DNA of 63,170 nucleotides, counting the filler, from Anaerolineae bacterium (lineage in GTDB: Bacteria > Chloroflexota > Anaerolineae > Epilineales > Epilineaceae): the NCBI GenBank assembly GCA_029262755.1. It is 6 parts of 6 records of this genome, joined end to end, with 100 filler letters (N's around TTAATTAATTAA, not from the genome) between each part and the next. Parts side by side here need not be neighbours in the genome. Positions count along the whole stretch, not along the records: positions 42,564 to 53,927 come from JAJCYU010000406.1; positions 54,028 to 59,782 come from JAJCYU010000411.1; positions 59,883 to 63,170 come from JAJCYU010000412.1; 3 more parts are not named here. One strand, 5' to 3'. Position numbers and translations under genes: made by a program. Shown one piece after another: positions 51,769-61,779 of the stretch. The notes under the pieces are model-generated. The model saw only the letters and a list, made by a program, of their open reading frames with translations. It did no database searches and was not told the DNA's origin. Position 1 is the stretch's first letter. Each line of letters opens with the position of its first letter.

Positions 51769-53927
51769 ATGCCCAATGCGCGCCCGGATGGTATCCCCGT
51801 CCGCCGGCGCGCGGTCGCTGTGTCGCAGCCTGCCCCATCGACCGCCCGCCGCCCCGAACGCAAACGTTCCGGCCGCCTTTCACGAGGCGCGCTGGCGTGC
51901 GTGTGTGGCGTTGGTGCGGCGAGCCTGGTGCTCTGGCTCCAGGTCGCGGGCCCGGTTGAGCGGAACCCGGTTGCACGGAAAACAGTGATCCTTGCGCAAG
52001 GCGGCGGCGGGCGCATCTATCTGCCGATCACCGTTGGCATGCCACTGGCGGACCTGCCAGCGCTCCCCACGGCTCAGGCGGTGGACACGCCGGAGGCGGA
52101 CCCAGCGACGGCGTCCGCCGAACCAACGCGTGCCGCCTCCGCGACCGCCACCGCTACGCGCACCCCGGCGCCGCCTGCGACGCCGACCTCCCCGGCCACG
52201 CGCGAGGCGACGCCGACCTCCCCGGCCACGCGCGAGGCGACGCCGACCTCCCCTCCGACCCCAACGTCCATCGCGACGGCGAGCCGGCCGCCCGCGCCGA
52301 CCGTCACGCCGACGGCGCCATCTACATCGACCGCGGAGCCGCCGCCCAATTCTCCGACCGCGACCGAACTAGCGATAGATACGCCCTCCGCCGAGACGCC
52401 GGACCCGGCGCCGACGGCCACCACATCTCTCGTCGCCACCGCCGGTGTGACCGTTGTCGTGGCGAGCGCGACGCCGACGTCGACGGGAGGCGCGACCACG
52501 TCGCCGCCCGACGCGACAACTACGAGGATCGCGACGGCGGGGGCAAGCCCGCCGGCTGACCCGAGCGCGACCGCCGAGCAGAGCGCGAGCCCGTCGCCTT
52601 CGGCCGGCGCAACCGCGGGCGTCACGGTCGCCGCGCCGAGCGCGACACCGTCGCCGAACGCGAAAGCGACGACGTCGCCAAGCTCGACTGCTACGAGCGT
52701 TGACAGCGCCACGGCCAGCGCAACACCGAGCGCAGAGATCAAGCCAAGCGCGACGCCGAGCCCTTCGGCCAAGCCGAGCGCCACCCGCACGGCTTCGCCT
52801 TCGCCCGTCCCCGCCACGGCCACAAGCACGCCGCGTGCAACGCCGAGCCCGAAGCCGACGGAGACCCTGTCGCCCCAAGCATCCGCGACAGCCGAGGGCC
52901 GTGGAACGGAAGGCCCGCCGGTCGCGACCGCGGGGGTCACCGTCGTCGCCGCGAGCCCCACGCCTACCAGCAGCCCGGTTGGAGCGCCCACCCAGACGGC
53001 GCCGGCGACGGCGAGTCCGGCGCCAAGCGCCACGAAGGTGCCAGGGCCGGTGACCGCGACGCCAACGAACACTGCCGCCGCGACGCCGACGACGATCGGG
53101 CTCCCCACCTCCACCCCGACCGCGAGCATCGTCGCGACCGGCACCCCCTCCGCCACGCCGGCGTCGCCTTCTACGGCGACAGCGACGGCAAACGCGACAT
53201 CGACCGCGACCGTGGCTGCAACGCTTCTACCGCCCGTCGCAACCGCAACGGGGTCGGCTACGTCCACAGCGCCACCGACCGTGACACCTTCGCCCTCGTT
53301 CACTCGCACGCCGACGCCGACGTCCGAGCCGACAACGACGACGCTCCCCACCGCAGTTCCGACCTCGACACCGAGTCCCACGCCCGAACCGACGGCCACG
53401 CAGCCGACGCCGACCGACACGCCGAGCGCGACGGCTACTGCGACTCGAACCCCGACATCGATCCCATCGTCGACCTCGACCCCAACGTCGACCCCAACGT
53501 CGACCCCAACGTCTACCTCGACCTCGACCCCGACCGAAACCGCGACGACGATCCCGACCGCCACGGAAACATCAACCCCGACCCCAAGCGCAACGTCGAC
53601 GCCGCCGCCCAGCCCGACGCCGCTGCCCACGGCGACGTCCGTACCCTCCGCGACGCCGTCTCCTGCCCCGACGTGGACGCCGCGGCCGACCGCAACGCCC
53701 CTCGGCACCGGCCCGGCTTGGTTGCAGTACCTCAACCGATTCCGCGCACTGGCCGGGCTGCCGCCTCTCTCGGAGAACGCAGCATGGAGCTTCGGTGGCC
53801 AACTCCACGCTCGCTACATGGTCAAGGAGGACGAGATCGGGCACGGCGAGCGCGCAAGCAGCCCGTGGTACACGGCAGCGGGCGATGCGGCGGCCCGGAC
53901 GTGGCTCGCCGAGCAGCTCGACGCGAT
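51769..53927 (+). CDS. CAP (SCP-like) domain protein with very long Thr/Pro/Ala/Ser linker (3'-truncated)
   Basis: GAGGAG RBS; TM/signal; RIYLPITV; mucin-like linker; [17 protein letters not shown]...HARYM...GH.E begins the CAP domain. Confidence 0.8.
52177..52253 (+). repeat. 30-nt perfect tandem repeat ([10 protein letters not shown] x2.5)
   Basis: gcgacgccgacctccccggccacgcgcgag repeated. Confidence 0.9.
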
Positions 53928-54027
53928 NNNNNNNNNNNNNNNNNNNNNNNNNNNNNNNNNNNNNNNNNNNNTTAATTAATTAANNNNNNNNNNNNNNNNN
54001 NNNNNNNNNNNNNNNNNNNNNNNNNNN
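53928..54027. other. Artificial contig linker
   Basis: N44-TTAATTAATTAA-N44. Confidence 0.99.
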
Positions 54028-54725
54028 TGCAAAGCCTCGTCGGGGGCCTCTTGCTGCTTGGACTCATTGGCTGCGCTGGCCAGCGCCAGGCCGCATATGA
54101 GGCTTCTCAATACGAAGCTTCGCTTGAAAACGCCGATCCGGAGGTAGCGGCCATCTGGACCGAAGAAGCCGTGAGGCAGTTGGGCCTGCGGACCGAAGTG
54201 GCGAGGGATGACGCCATCCTTGAGGCATTCGGCGAGGACGCAGATTACCGCTTCAGCCATCTGCTCGAAACCGATGGAACGAGCATCGCCGATCCGGTCT
54301 GGGATGCGATGTGTAAGGACCTTCTCAAGCGTGAGGAGCCTGAGTGGCGTCTCTCGTCAAGGTCCAGCAGCGGCAGCGGGCCGAAGGCCAACCGGCGGGA
54401 GATCGAAACCACCTGTCGCGCATACCACGACGAACCGATCGACAAAGAGCGTGCGGCGCAGCTCACCGAGCTCGTCATCAACGAGGTCCGCGCCTATCTG
54501 GAGTCGTTCGGGTACACCTTTGAGCGCCCGGGGAACAACGTCAAATGGATGCACCTCTCCTATCAGCTCGATGACGTAGTGTCTGGGAGCATGAGCTTCA
54601 ACTGGCGCTACGGAGTCAACACGGAAGGCTACATCTACGCCTATCGTCTGTTGATCAGAGAGCAGAGCCTCTCCCTTTTGTCTCCAGGCATGGACGTACC
54701 CACAGCGACGCCCGCTGCACCGTAG
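54028..54725 (+). CDS. Putative lipoprotein (5'-truncated)
   Basis: LVGGLLLLGLIG|C lipobox-like sequence; ends VPTATPAAP. Confidence 0.65.
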
Positions 54726-54778
54726 TCCACGGCCACGGCGATCCCGAGTCCAGATCCGCAGCCGCGCGGAGCCCATCC

Positions 54779-55600
54779 ATGCCCGTCCCCACACCCATCC
54801 CCCCCACCACCCGCGTCCTCATCTGGAACGCCGAGCGCAAGTCCCCCCGCGGCCCCACCGGCTCGCGCATCCCCGCGGTCCTCGCCCGGTTGGCGCCCGA
54901 CATCGTGCTCCTCACGGAGGGCGAGACGGGGCTCATGCCGCCGGGCGGTCATACGATCGCCGGCCGGCCGCTGCCGGATGCGCACATGGGACCGGCCGAG
55001 CGCCGGGTCCTCGCGTGGAGCCGCGAGCCGTGGACGGAGGTCGAGGACTACGCGCACTTCGAGCCGCTGCGCCTCACCGACCCCGCGGATCCCGAGGCCC
55101 ACGAACCGCCCGCCGCGAGGCTCCCAGGCCGGATCGTATCCGCCACGACCGTCACCGCGCTCGGCCCCATCCGCGTCCACGCCGTGTGCATCCCGTGGCA
55201 CTTCTCGCGCGTGCAATGGAACGCTGTGAAGCGCCGCCCGTGGCAGGACCATCTTGCGTTCCTCGACGCCTTCGCACCCGTCCTCGCGCGTACGCCGCCG
55301 GACGTACCGACCATCGTCGGCGGCGACTACAACCAGCGCGTCCCTCGCGGCGCAGGCTACCCCTTCGCCCCGGCCGAACGATTGGCCGCGGCTCTCGCGC
55401 CCCCGTGGACGATCGTGACCGCGGGCGCGCTCGCGCCGACGTCGGCGGACCCGGCCGATCCCGCGCCGGCGCCGCTCATCGACCATCTGGCGGTCAACGC
55501 CGTACTACGTGCGACGTCCGTGGAGGGCTTCGGCCGACATGATCACGACGGCAAACGGCTGAGCGACCACACGGGGTGCGTGGTGACGGTGGCGAGGTGA
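54779..55600 (+). CDS. Endonuclease/exonuclease/phosphatase (EEP) family protein
   Basis: IWNAE, PDIVLLTE, GGDYNQ, IDHL, LSDH motifs. Confidence 0.88.
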   Translation: MPVPTPIPPTTRVLIWNAERKSPRGPTGSRIPAVLARLAPDIVLLTEGETGLMPPGGHTIAGRPLPDAHMGPAERRVLAWSREPWTEVEDYAHFEPLRLTDPADPEAHEPPAARLPGRIVSATTVTALGPIRVHAVCIPWHFSRVQWNAVKRRPWQDHLAFLDAFAPVLARTPPDVPTIVGGDYNQRVPRGAGYPFAPAERLAAALAPPWTIVTAGALAPTSADPADPAPAPLIDHLAVNAVLRATSVEGFGRHDHDGKRLSDHTGCVVTVAR

Positions 55601-55604
55601 GCCA

Positions 55605-55628
55605 TTGACATACCATTTTGGGTATAGT
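55605..55628 (+). promoter_or_regulatory. TA-operon promoter/operator candidate
   Basis: TTGACA and TATAGT hexamers (only 12 nt apart, non-optimal) overlapping palindrome ATACC-N6-GGTAT, 10 nt before the toxin ATG. Confidence 0.5.
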
Positions 55629-55638
55629 GCTTCCTGCC

Positions 55639-55920
55639 ATGTGGCAGATCTACGGGGATCGCCGCGTGCCGGGACGCCTGAAGCGTCTCCGTGTTGAGAT
55701 ACTTCAACGTTGCGAGAAGTGGTAAAACGTCGTTCAAGTCTCGGGACCGGAGGGGCTCCGGCACATCAGAGGCTTCCGTGATGAACCGCTACGCGGGCAA
55801 TGGGAAGGACACCGCTCCTCACGGCTCAATCAGCAGTATCGGGTGATCTACTCCGTGGAGGCAGCCAGGGTTCGTGTCTTCGTCATCGACCTGACGGCGC
55901 ACGACTACAGAAGGAAGTGA
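55639..55920 (+). pseudogene. HigB/RelE-like mRNA interferase toxin with premature TAA; absent from ORF track
   Basis: MWQIYGDRRV...CEKW-TAA(55723-55725)-NVVQVSGPEGLRHIRGFRDEPLRGQWEGHRSSRLNQQYRVIY...HDYRRK. Confidence 0.85.
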
Positions 55921-55923
55921 CCC

Positions 55924-56187
55924 ATGGAATCCGAATACCGCAAAGCGAAGCGAACCATCGAGGTCACCGTCGGTGAGTCCGTCCGGATCATCCGGGAGCT
56001 ACAGGAGCTCAGCCAGAACGAGCTGGCGGCCCTGACCGGCATCGCTCAATCGACGATCTCGGCCATCGAGAACGACCGTGTCAGCCTGGGCGTCGGACGG
56101 GCCAAGGTGATCGCTCGAGCGCTCAAGGTGCATCCTGCGGTGCTCGTGTTCCCCGGCTGGGACATCGACGCGGATTCGGCCGCCTGA
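55924..56187 (+). CDS. HigA-like XRE helix-turn-helix antitoxin
   Basis: IRELQELSQNELAALTGIAQSTISAIEND; 3 nt downstream of the toxin (toxin-first order). Confidence 0.88.
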   Translation: MESEYRKAKRTIEVTVGESVRIIRELQELSQNELAALTGIAQSTISAIENDRVSLGVGRAKVIARALKVHPAVLVFPGWDIDADSAA

Positions 56188-56193
56188 TCCACC

Positions 56194-57267
56194 CTAGTAG
56201 TTGAAGCTGTAGAGCACCGCGTTTGCGATCGAGCGGAACTCCCACTGGCGGTCGCTGGGGTAGGCGCAGGTGATGACGATGATGTTGCCCTCCGGACCTT
56301 GGAAGGTGCCGCTCATCTCCTGCGTGCCCGCCACCGTGCCGTCGCGCAACGTGCGCACGCCGATGAGCGTGCTGAGCGGGATGTCGTTCGTGATGCCGCT
56401 CGGGTCGGCGTACGCCTCCAGCCAGGCCTTGAGCGGCAGGTTCTCCTCGTTGGGGACGAAGCGCGTGGAGACGACCATGCCTTCCAGGGCCAGCGACGCC
56501 GGATCGGCGTCGGACGAATCTGCGACGCTCGTGACCATCAAGCCGTTCGCATCGTCGCTCAGCGTCGTCCAGTTGCTGGGGTAGGACAGGCCGAAGCCGC
56601 GCTCCGGGTTGCGGTAGCTGCTAAGCGCGGGCTCAATCCAGGTCCAACTATCTAGGATGCCGTCCCAGGCCTCGCCGCAGCGCTCCTCTGCGCCCGCGGC
56701 GTAGTCCAGGCTGAGGCTGAAGAGCATCTCGCCATGCGCCACTTGCACGCGCTCGCCGCCCGCGCCGTCCGGCGCCAGGCTCGGCGTACGCACGGCCCAC
56801 GTTCCGCCCAGCTCGAAGCCTTCGGCGTTGGGGAAGCTGCGCGGCATCTGGGCCACGACGTCCACCAGCGACAGACCGAAGACGTTGTTCGCGGCCGAGA
56901 TCTCCACCAGGCAACCGTCCGCGCGCATGCTGTCGCGGTTGTGCGTGCCGGGATCCAGGTCGCTGAAGCTGACCAGGATCGGCCGGTTGCCGAAACCGGT
57001 GAACCAGTCCGGCGGATACGAGGTCCGGTAACCGTAGGTCAGGTTGACGTACTCGCCGGCCGTGCCAAGCGGAAGGCTCGATACGAGGACGGTCGCGGCC
57101 GTCGCATCACGCCCCGGCGCGGGCACCACCACGATCGGCGTCGGCTCGGCCGCGGCGGCCACCTCCACCGGGGTTGGCTCGGGCGCGAGGGTCGGTTCCG
57201 CCTCGGCGTTGCAGGCGGACAACATCAGCAGGGCAGGCAGGAGGACGGGGATGACAGCTGGACGCAT
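56194..57267 (-). CDS. Lipoprotein with two PsbP-like repeats
   Basis: LLMLSA|C lipobox; YVNLTYGYRTSYPPDW and YRNPERGFGLSYPSNW repeats. Confidence 0.78.
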   Translation of the reverse strand: MRPAVIPVLLPALLMLSACNAEAEPTLAPEPTPVEVAAAAEPTPIVVVPAPGRDATAATVLVSSLPLGTAGEYVNLTYGYRTSYPPDWFTGFGNRPILVSFSDLDPGTHNRDSMRADGCLVEISAANNVFGLSLVDVVAQMPRSFPNAEGFELGGTWAVRTPSLAPDGAGGERVQVAHGEMLFSLSLDYAAGAEERCGEAWDGILDSWTWIEPALSSYRNPERGFGLSYPSNWTTLSDDANGLMVTSVADSSDADPASLALEGMVVSTRFVPNEENLPLKAWLEAYADPSGITNDIPLSTLIGVRTLRDGTVAGTQEMSGTFQGPEGNIIVITCAYPSDRQWEFRSIANAVLYSFNY

Positions 57268-57506
57268 GAAGAGCACACCTCGGGGTGGGGCGGATCGCAA
57301 GGTCCGCCATCATCCCCAAAGGATCGCGGGGCTGTGCATCGTAGAGAAGCAATTCCTGTATCGAAGCCCGCGCGAAGCGCACCTTGGCGTCGCATTTCGT
57401 GCGCACGGGTGGGTGGCAAACGTTGCCTCGCGCTATTTTATTCTGGGCCAAACGAAGCTAGCGTTTGATCATGAACGGGCGACCGCCAAGCTCCAGCGCG
57501 CGCAGC

Positions 57507-57534
57507 TTGACGCATAGAACATGCGTGCTACGCT
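57507..57534 (+). promoter_or_regulatory. Promoter with overlapping LexA (GAAC-N4-GTTC)-like site
   Basis: TTGACG-16 nt-TACGCT (with TG extension) enclosing TAGAAC-ATGC-GTGCTA (one mismatch). Confidence 0.45.
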
Positions 57535-57627
57535 CGGGGACGCGCGGTTGACCAACTGCGGTCGGCGTCGCCTACATCGCCCCACACCCATCCCACCATC
57601 CGCGGCACCCATGCAAGGAGAAAGCAC

Positions 57628-58440
57628 ATGACGGACAGCCCAGAGTACGCACACGGACAGTTTTGCTGGCACGAGGTCGCGACGAAGGATGTCGGCGCGG
57701 CCAAGAGCTTCTACGAGAAGCTTGTCGGTTGGAGCACCCAGGACAATCCCATGCCCGGCGGCATGGAAGGAACGTACACGATGGCGCGAGTCGGCGACGG
57801 CGACGTCGTTGGTATGTACCAGATGGACGGCGAGCACTTCGAGGGCGTCCCCGCGCATTGGGCCTCGCACGTCTGGGTGGACGACGTGGCAGGCACCGTG
57901 GCGAAGGCCAAGGAGCTCGGTGGCACCGTGATGGTGGACACCATGGAGATTCCCGAAGTCGGCACCATGGCGGTCCTCCAAGATCCCACCGGTGCGGTGA
58001 TCAACGTATTCAAGGGCAGCGGCCATCGGGGCGCGGCGCAGGTAGGAATGGCGGAGGGAGCGGTGGGCTGGAACGAGCTTGCCACGCCCGACGGCGAGGC
58101 GGCCAAGGCCTTCTACAGCGGGCTGTTCGGCTGGGAGGCCAATACGGGGCCGGTTCCGGGCGCCGGAGACATGGAGTACACCACCTTCAAGCTGGGTGAG
58201 CATCAGGTCGCCGGCATGATGGAGATGAAGGGCGAGGGCTGGGAGGGCGTTCCGCCCAACTGGATGCCCTATCTCACCGTGGAAGACTGTGAGGGCTGCG
58301 TCTCCAAGGCCGAGAGCCTCGGCGGGACGGTACGCGTCCCCGCCCAGACCGTCCCCGGCGTGGGCACGTTCTCGGTCCTCCAGGACCCCACCGGCGCCAC
58401 CTTCTCGATCATGAAGTGGGACATGCCGGCCGAGGCATAG
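57628..58440 (+). CDS. Two-domain VOC (glyoxalase/bleomycin-resistance-like) protein
   Basis: AAGGAG RBS; FCWHEV..D...AKSFY..LVGW, DPTGA; second copy GWNEL..PD...AFY..LFGW. Confidence 0.92.
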   Translation: MTDSPEYAHGQFCWHEVATKDVGAAKSFYEKLVGWSTQDNPMPGGMEGTYTMARVGDGDVVGMYQMDGEHFEGVPAHWASHVWVDDVAGTVAKAKELGGTVMVDTMEIPEVGTMAVLQDPTGAVINVFKGSGHRGAAQVGMAEGAVGWNELATPDGEAAKAFYSGLFGWEANTGPVPGAGDMEYTTFKLGEHQVAGMMEMKGEGWEGVPPNWMPYLTVEDCEGCVSKAESLGGTVRVPAQTVPGVGTFSVLQDPTGATFSIMKWDMPAEA

Positions 58441-58731
58441 CAGCGCGGCGCTTCCGCCGTGGTGCGGGAGCGCGGGTGCACGGGTAGCAATACGGGGCGG
58501 CCCATGAGGGCCGCCCCGTACTTCGTGTGCGAGCGACTACCGTGTATTCGGCGTCATCGGTGTCAGCGGTGTCATCGATGCGGCTGGTTGTTGTGGGTTC
58601 CCGTCCTTCCCGTCCTTGCCGTTTGCGCCGCACAGTTTCCACCACCAGCTATGCAGTTTCCACCAGCGGCTATGCTGCCACTGGGTGACCACAACCCGCC
58701 GTTCGCCGCTTCGCATCGGAGATGGACCACA

Positions 58732-59733
58732 ATGAGCACGAACGTCAGCCCGGCCTACCGCATGGCCGAGCAGAAATTCCGGGAGGCCACGACGCCCGAG
58801 GAGGAGCTCGCGGGCCTGCAAGAGATGCTCTCGACCATCCCCAAGCACAAGGGCACCGAGAAGCTCCAGGCCGACCTCAAGAGCCGCATCTCCAAAGCGC
58901 GGCAGGAGATCGAGAAGAGCGGCGGCAAGCCGCGCAAGAAGCCCTTCTTCCACGTCGAGAAGGGAGGCGCCGGGCAGGTCGCGCTCGTCGGGCCGCCCAA
59001 CAGCGGCAAGTCGCGGCTGCTGGCCGCGCTCAGCCACGCCGAGCCCGAAGTGGCCGACTACCCCTTCACCACGCAACTGCCGCTGCCGGGCATGATGGAA
59101 TACCTCGATGTGCAGGTGCAGCTGGTCGATCTGCCGGCCTTGAAGCGCGACGTCAGCGAGCCCTGGGTGCTGGGCCTCGCGCGCAACGCCGACCTGATCC
59201 TCCTGGTGCTGGACGCGCAGAGCGACGACGTGCTCAGCGACACCGAGGAGCTGCTGGTCTTCCTGGCCGAGAAGAAGCTCGAGCTCGTTCCGCCCGCGGT
59301 CGGGTCGAGCTTCCCGGCGCGGCCGGCCCTGCTGGTGGCAGCCAAGGTCGACTCGCCGCACGCCGAGGAGAACCTGGAGATCCTGCAGGAGTTCCTGCCC
59401 GAGCTGCTCGAGACCCACCTGGGCTGCGCGCTCCCGCTGCTGCCCGTCTCCGCGGAGAACGGCCTCAACATGCAGGTCCTCCAGCAACGCATCTTCGAGG
59501 CCCTGCACGTGATCCGCGTCTACACCAAGGCCCCCCACAAGCCGGCCGAGCGCACTTCTCCCTACGTGCTGCCGATCGGTGCCACCGTGGAAGACGCCGC
59601 CCGCGCCGTACACAAGGACTTCGTCGAGAACCTCAAGTTCGCCCGCATCTGGGGCGAGGGCGCCTACGACGGCCAAATGGTCGGCCGCGAGCACGTGCTC
59701 CAAGACGGCGACCTGATCGAGCTGCATACCTAA
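58732..59733 (+). CDS. OBG/DRG-like GTPase with C-terminal TGS domain
   Basis: IPKHKGTEKL, GPPNSGKS, YPFTT, QLVDLP, RVYTK, ARIWG...GQMVGREHVLQDGDLIELH. Confidence 0.9.
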   Translation: MSTNVSPAYRMAEQKFREATTPEEELAGLQEMLSTIPKHKGTEKLQADLKSRISKARQEIEKSGGKPRKKPFFHVEKGGAGQVALVGPPNSGKSRLLAALSHAEPEVADYPFTTQLPLPGMMEYLDVQVQLVDLPALKRDVSEPWVLGLARNADLILLVLDAQSDDVLSDTEELLVFLAEKKLELVPPAVGSSFPARPALLVAAKVDSPHAEENLEILQEFLPELLETHLGCALPLLPVSAENGLNMQVLQQRIFEALHVIRVYTKAPHKPAERTSPYVLPIGATVEDAARAVHKDFVENLKFARIWGEGAYDGQMVGREHVLQDGDLIELHT

Positions 59734-59782
59734 GGGCGGAAAACGAAGGAACGACGTCGCGCGATCCTCCCCCATGCCTACT

Positions 59783-59882
59783 NNNNNNNNNNNNNNNNNN
59801 NNNNNNNNNNNNNNNNNNNNNNNNNNTTAATTAATTAANNNNNNNNNNNNNNNNNNNNNNNNNNNNNNNNNNNNNNNNNNNN
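59783..59882. other. Artificial contig linker
   Basis: N44-TTAATTAATTAA-N44. Confidence 0.99.
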
Positions 59883-60607
59883 AGCAAGGTCTCCAAGGAC
59901 CGGTATTGGCGTACGACCTCGGCGGGGCGCCCATCCGCCGCCAGCGCGCGCATCAAATCCCGATGGGCCGGCTCGCGTAGCGGATCCGCCTCGACGGCGC
60001 GGTGTGCCACCTCGATCGCCTCGCGCACCGCTCCGTCGTGCAGCAGCCGCTCCACGAGACGCCCGAGGACGCGCAGATGGAGCCTGGCAAGGGCCTCTCG
60101 TTCAGCCTCGACCCAGTCACCTTCTGCGCCGGGCAATAGCTCGCCGCGATAGAGTGCGACGGCTGCACGCAGGGCGTCCAGGTGCTCCGATTGCTCGGGG
60201 TCTAGGCCCTTGGCGCGGTCCCATGTGCTGCGCAAGGCAGCCACGTCCGTCTCGACCGATTTCGGCGCAAGCGCCACGTGGTAGCGGTCTGTGACGAAGA
60301 CCGTACCCGGCTCACCGGTTCGTTCGAAGAGGCGGCGAAGCCCGGACAATGCGCGGCTCAGGCTGTTGCGGCCCGCCCCCGGCGCGCTCTCCGGCCAGAA
60401 ATGCTCGATGAGGCTCTCGCGCGTCTGGGGACGATCCGGCTCCACCGCGAGCCGCGCTAGTAGGAGTCCCGTCTTGCGCGTAGGGAAGCGTTCGACCACC
60501 TGCTCGCCACGCAGAGCGCGTAGGGGCCCAAGCAACTCGATCCGCCAGGTGTCCGCCACGGGGGAGGCCTTAGTAGGCCGATCGGCCCACGAAAGTCCGC
60601 GCGTCAT
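59883..60607 (-). CDS. AfsR/SARP-family regulator (winged helix plus BTAD), 3'-truncated
   Basis: IELLGPL, LLARLA, RESLIEHFWP, AVALYRGELL, DPLREPAHRDLMRAL. Confidence 0.9.
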
Positions 60608-60622
60608 GCTTGCCGGAGTCGC

Positions 60623-61114
60623 TCACAACGCCCCATCGCTGAACAGCGTCGCAAGATCGTCCAATGTAGAGCGGACGGCGGAGGAATGCTGGTCGGACGC
60701 CTTTCGGTCGTCCGGTATTCCGTAGTGCGCGTACCGCACTTCCGTGTGGCCGTCGATCTCACGAAAGGTGACCACCACGAATTCGTCGGCCACGTCCTGC
60801 TCGTCGTTGTAGCCGACCGAGGCGCTCCAATGCTGGGTGTAGCAAAGCCTGGCCTCGGGCTCAACCTCAACGTAGAAACCGCTGCACGCCAACGTGCTGC
60901 TCTCCCCCTTCTTGGCGTCCTTGGGCGGAGTGTGGAGGGTGAAGAGACCGCCCACCTGCAGATCCATCTCGACCTCGATGCCCTTTGCATTGCGACCCCA
61001 TGCCCACGAGCCATAGGACTCCGGCACGGTCCACGCACGCCATACCCGTGCGAGCGGTACCGCGTACCGGTGGATCAACTCGTAGCTTGTTGCGCCCTTC
61101 TGGGGGTGGGACAT
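60623..61114 (-). CDS. SRPBCC (AHSA1-like) domain protein
   Basis: HRYAVPLARVWRAWT.PE...W, DLQVGG.F, G.YVEVEP..RL.YT. Confidence 0.88.
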   Translation of the reverse strand: MSHPQKGATSYELIHRYAVPLARVWRAWTVPESYGSWAWGRNAKGIEVEMDLQVGGLFTLHTPPKDAKKGESSTLACSGFYVEVEPEARLCYTQHWSASVGYNDEQDVADEFVVVTFREIDGHTEVRYAHYGIPDDRKASDQHSSAVRSTLDDLATLFSDGAL

Positions 61115-61308
61115 TGACTTCTCCTTGGGGAAGACGAACCGGCGGGCTCGGTTCCGTCTCCGAGTTATGGACCCTCGGGCCCATTGTCACAAGGCAGACG
61201 AGATAGCGCCGTCGCTTCCCTACGCCCATTGTGTCTTATAGGAAGCGGCGGCGCCACGTCTTCTCCCGAGGACGCGTGTAGCCTTATCAGGTGTAGCTGT
61301 TTCGTCAG

Positions 61309-61779
61309 CTAGGTCCCCGTGCCGGTCCCGGTCCCGGCCCCGGCACCGTCTTCGGCGCTGTACTGCGAGCGGTACTCCTCCTGGGACACATCCCGGAGGT
61401 GTTGGGACATGTACCACTGGTTGCCTTCCGGATCCTGCACGCCGCCGTAGCGGTCGCCGTGCGCCTGGTCCGCCGGTTCCATCAACGAGGTCCCGCCCGC
61501 CGCTAACGCCCGCTCGTAGTGCGCGTCGGCATCGTCGATATACACGTACAGCATCGCGGGGACGGGTGCGGCGTCGCCCATGGGTGAGCCCATCATCACG
61601 CGCGCGTTGCCGATGCGCACCTCCGCGTGCATCACGCTACCGTCGGGACGCATCATCGGCTCCACGGTGATTTCGGCGTGGAACGTGGCCTTCACGAACG
61701 CAAGCACGGCGGGCACATCGCGTACGACCAAGTAGGGCGTGACGCTGGTGTAGCCTTCGGGGATCCGAGCGGAGGTCAT
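61309..61779 (-). CDS. VOC/PhnB-like protein
   Basis: IPEGYTSVTPYL, VMHAEVRIG, ALAAGG, GDRYGGVQDPEGNQW. Confidence 0.9.
   Translation of the reverse strand: MTSARIPEGYTSVTPYLVVRDVPAVLAFVKATFHAEITVEPMMRPDGSVMHAEVRIGNARVMMGSPMGDAAPVPAMLYVYIDDADAHYERALAAGGTSLMEPADQAHGDRYGGVQDPEGNQWYMSQHLRDVSQEEYRSQYSAEDGAGAGTGTGTGT

Noticed and set aside
52074..53735. 553-aa antisense ORF of V/G/A repeats, and many other long shadow ORFs in the track
   Set aside because: Mirror images of Pro/Thr-rich or GC-rich genes; no RBS or family motifs
55723..55725. Recoding of the toxin's internal stop
   Set aside because: It is TAA, which is not a Sec or Pyl codon, and TAA ends other genes here; a simple nonsense mutation is more likely
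58555..58680. Short intergenic tandem repeats (9-nt and 21-nt units) and the upstream ORF extension from 58459
   Set aside because: Low-complexity slippage with only two to three copies; the GTPase start fits ATG 58732
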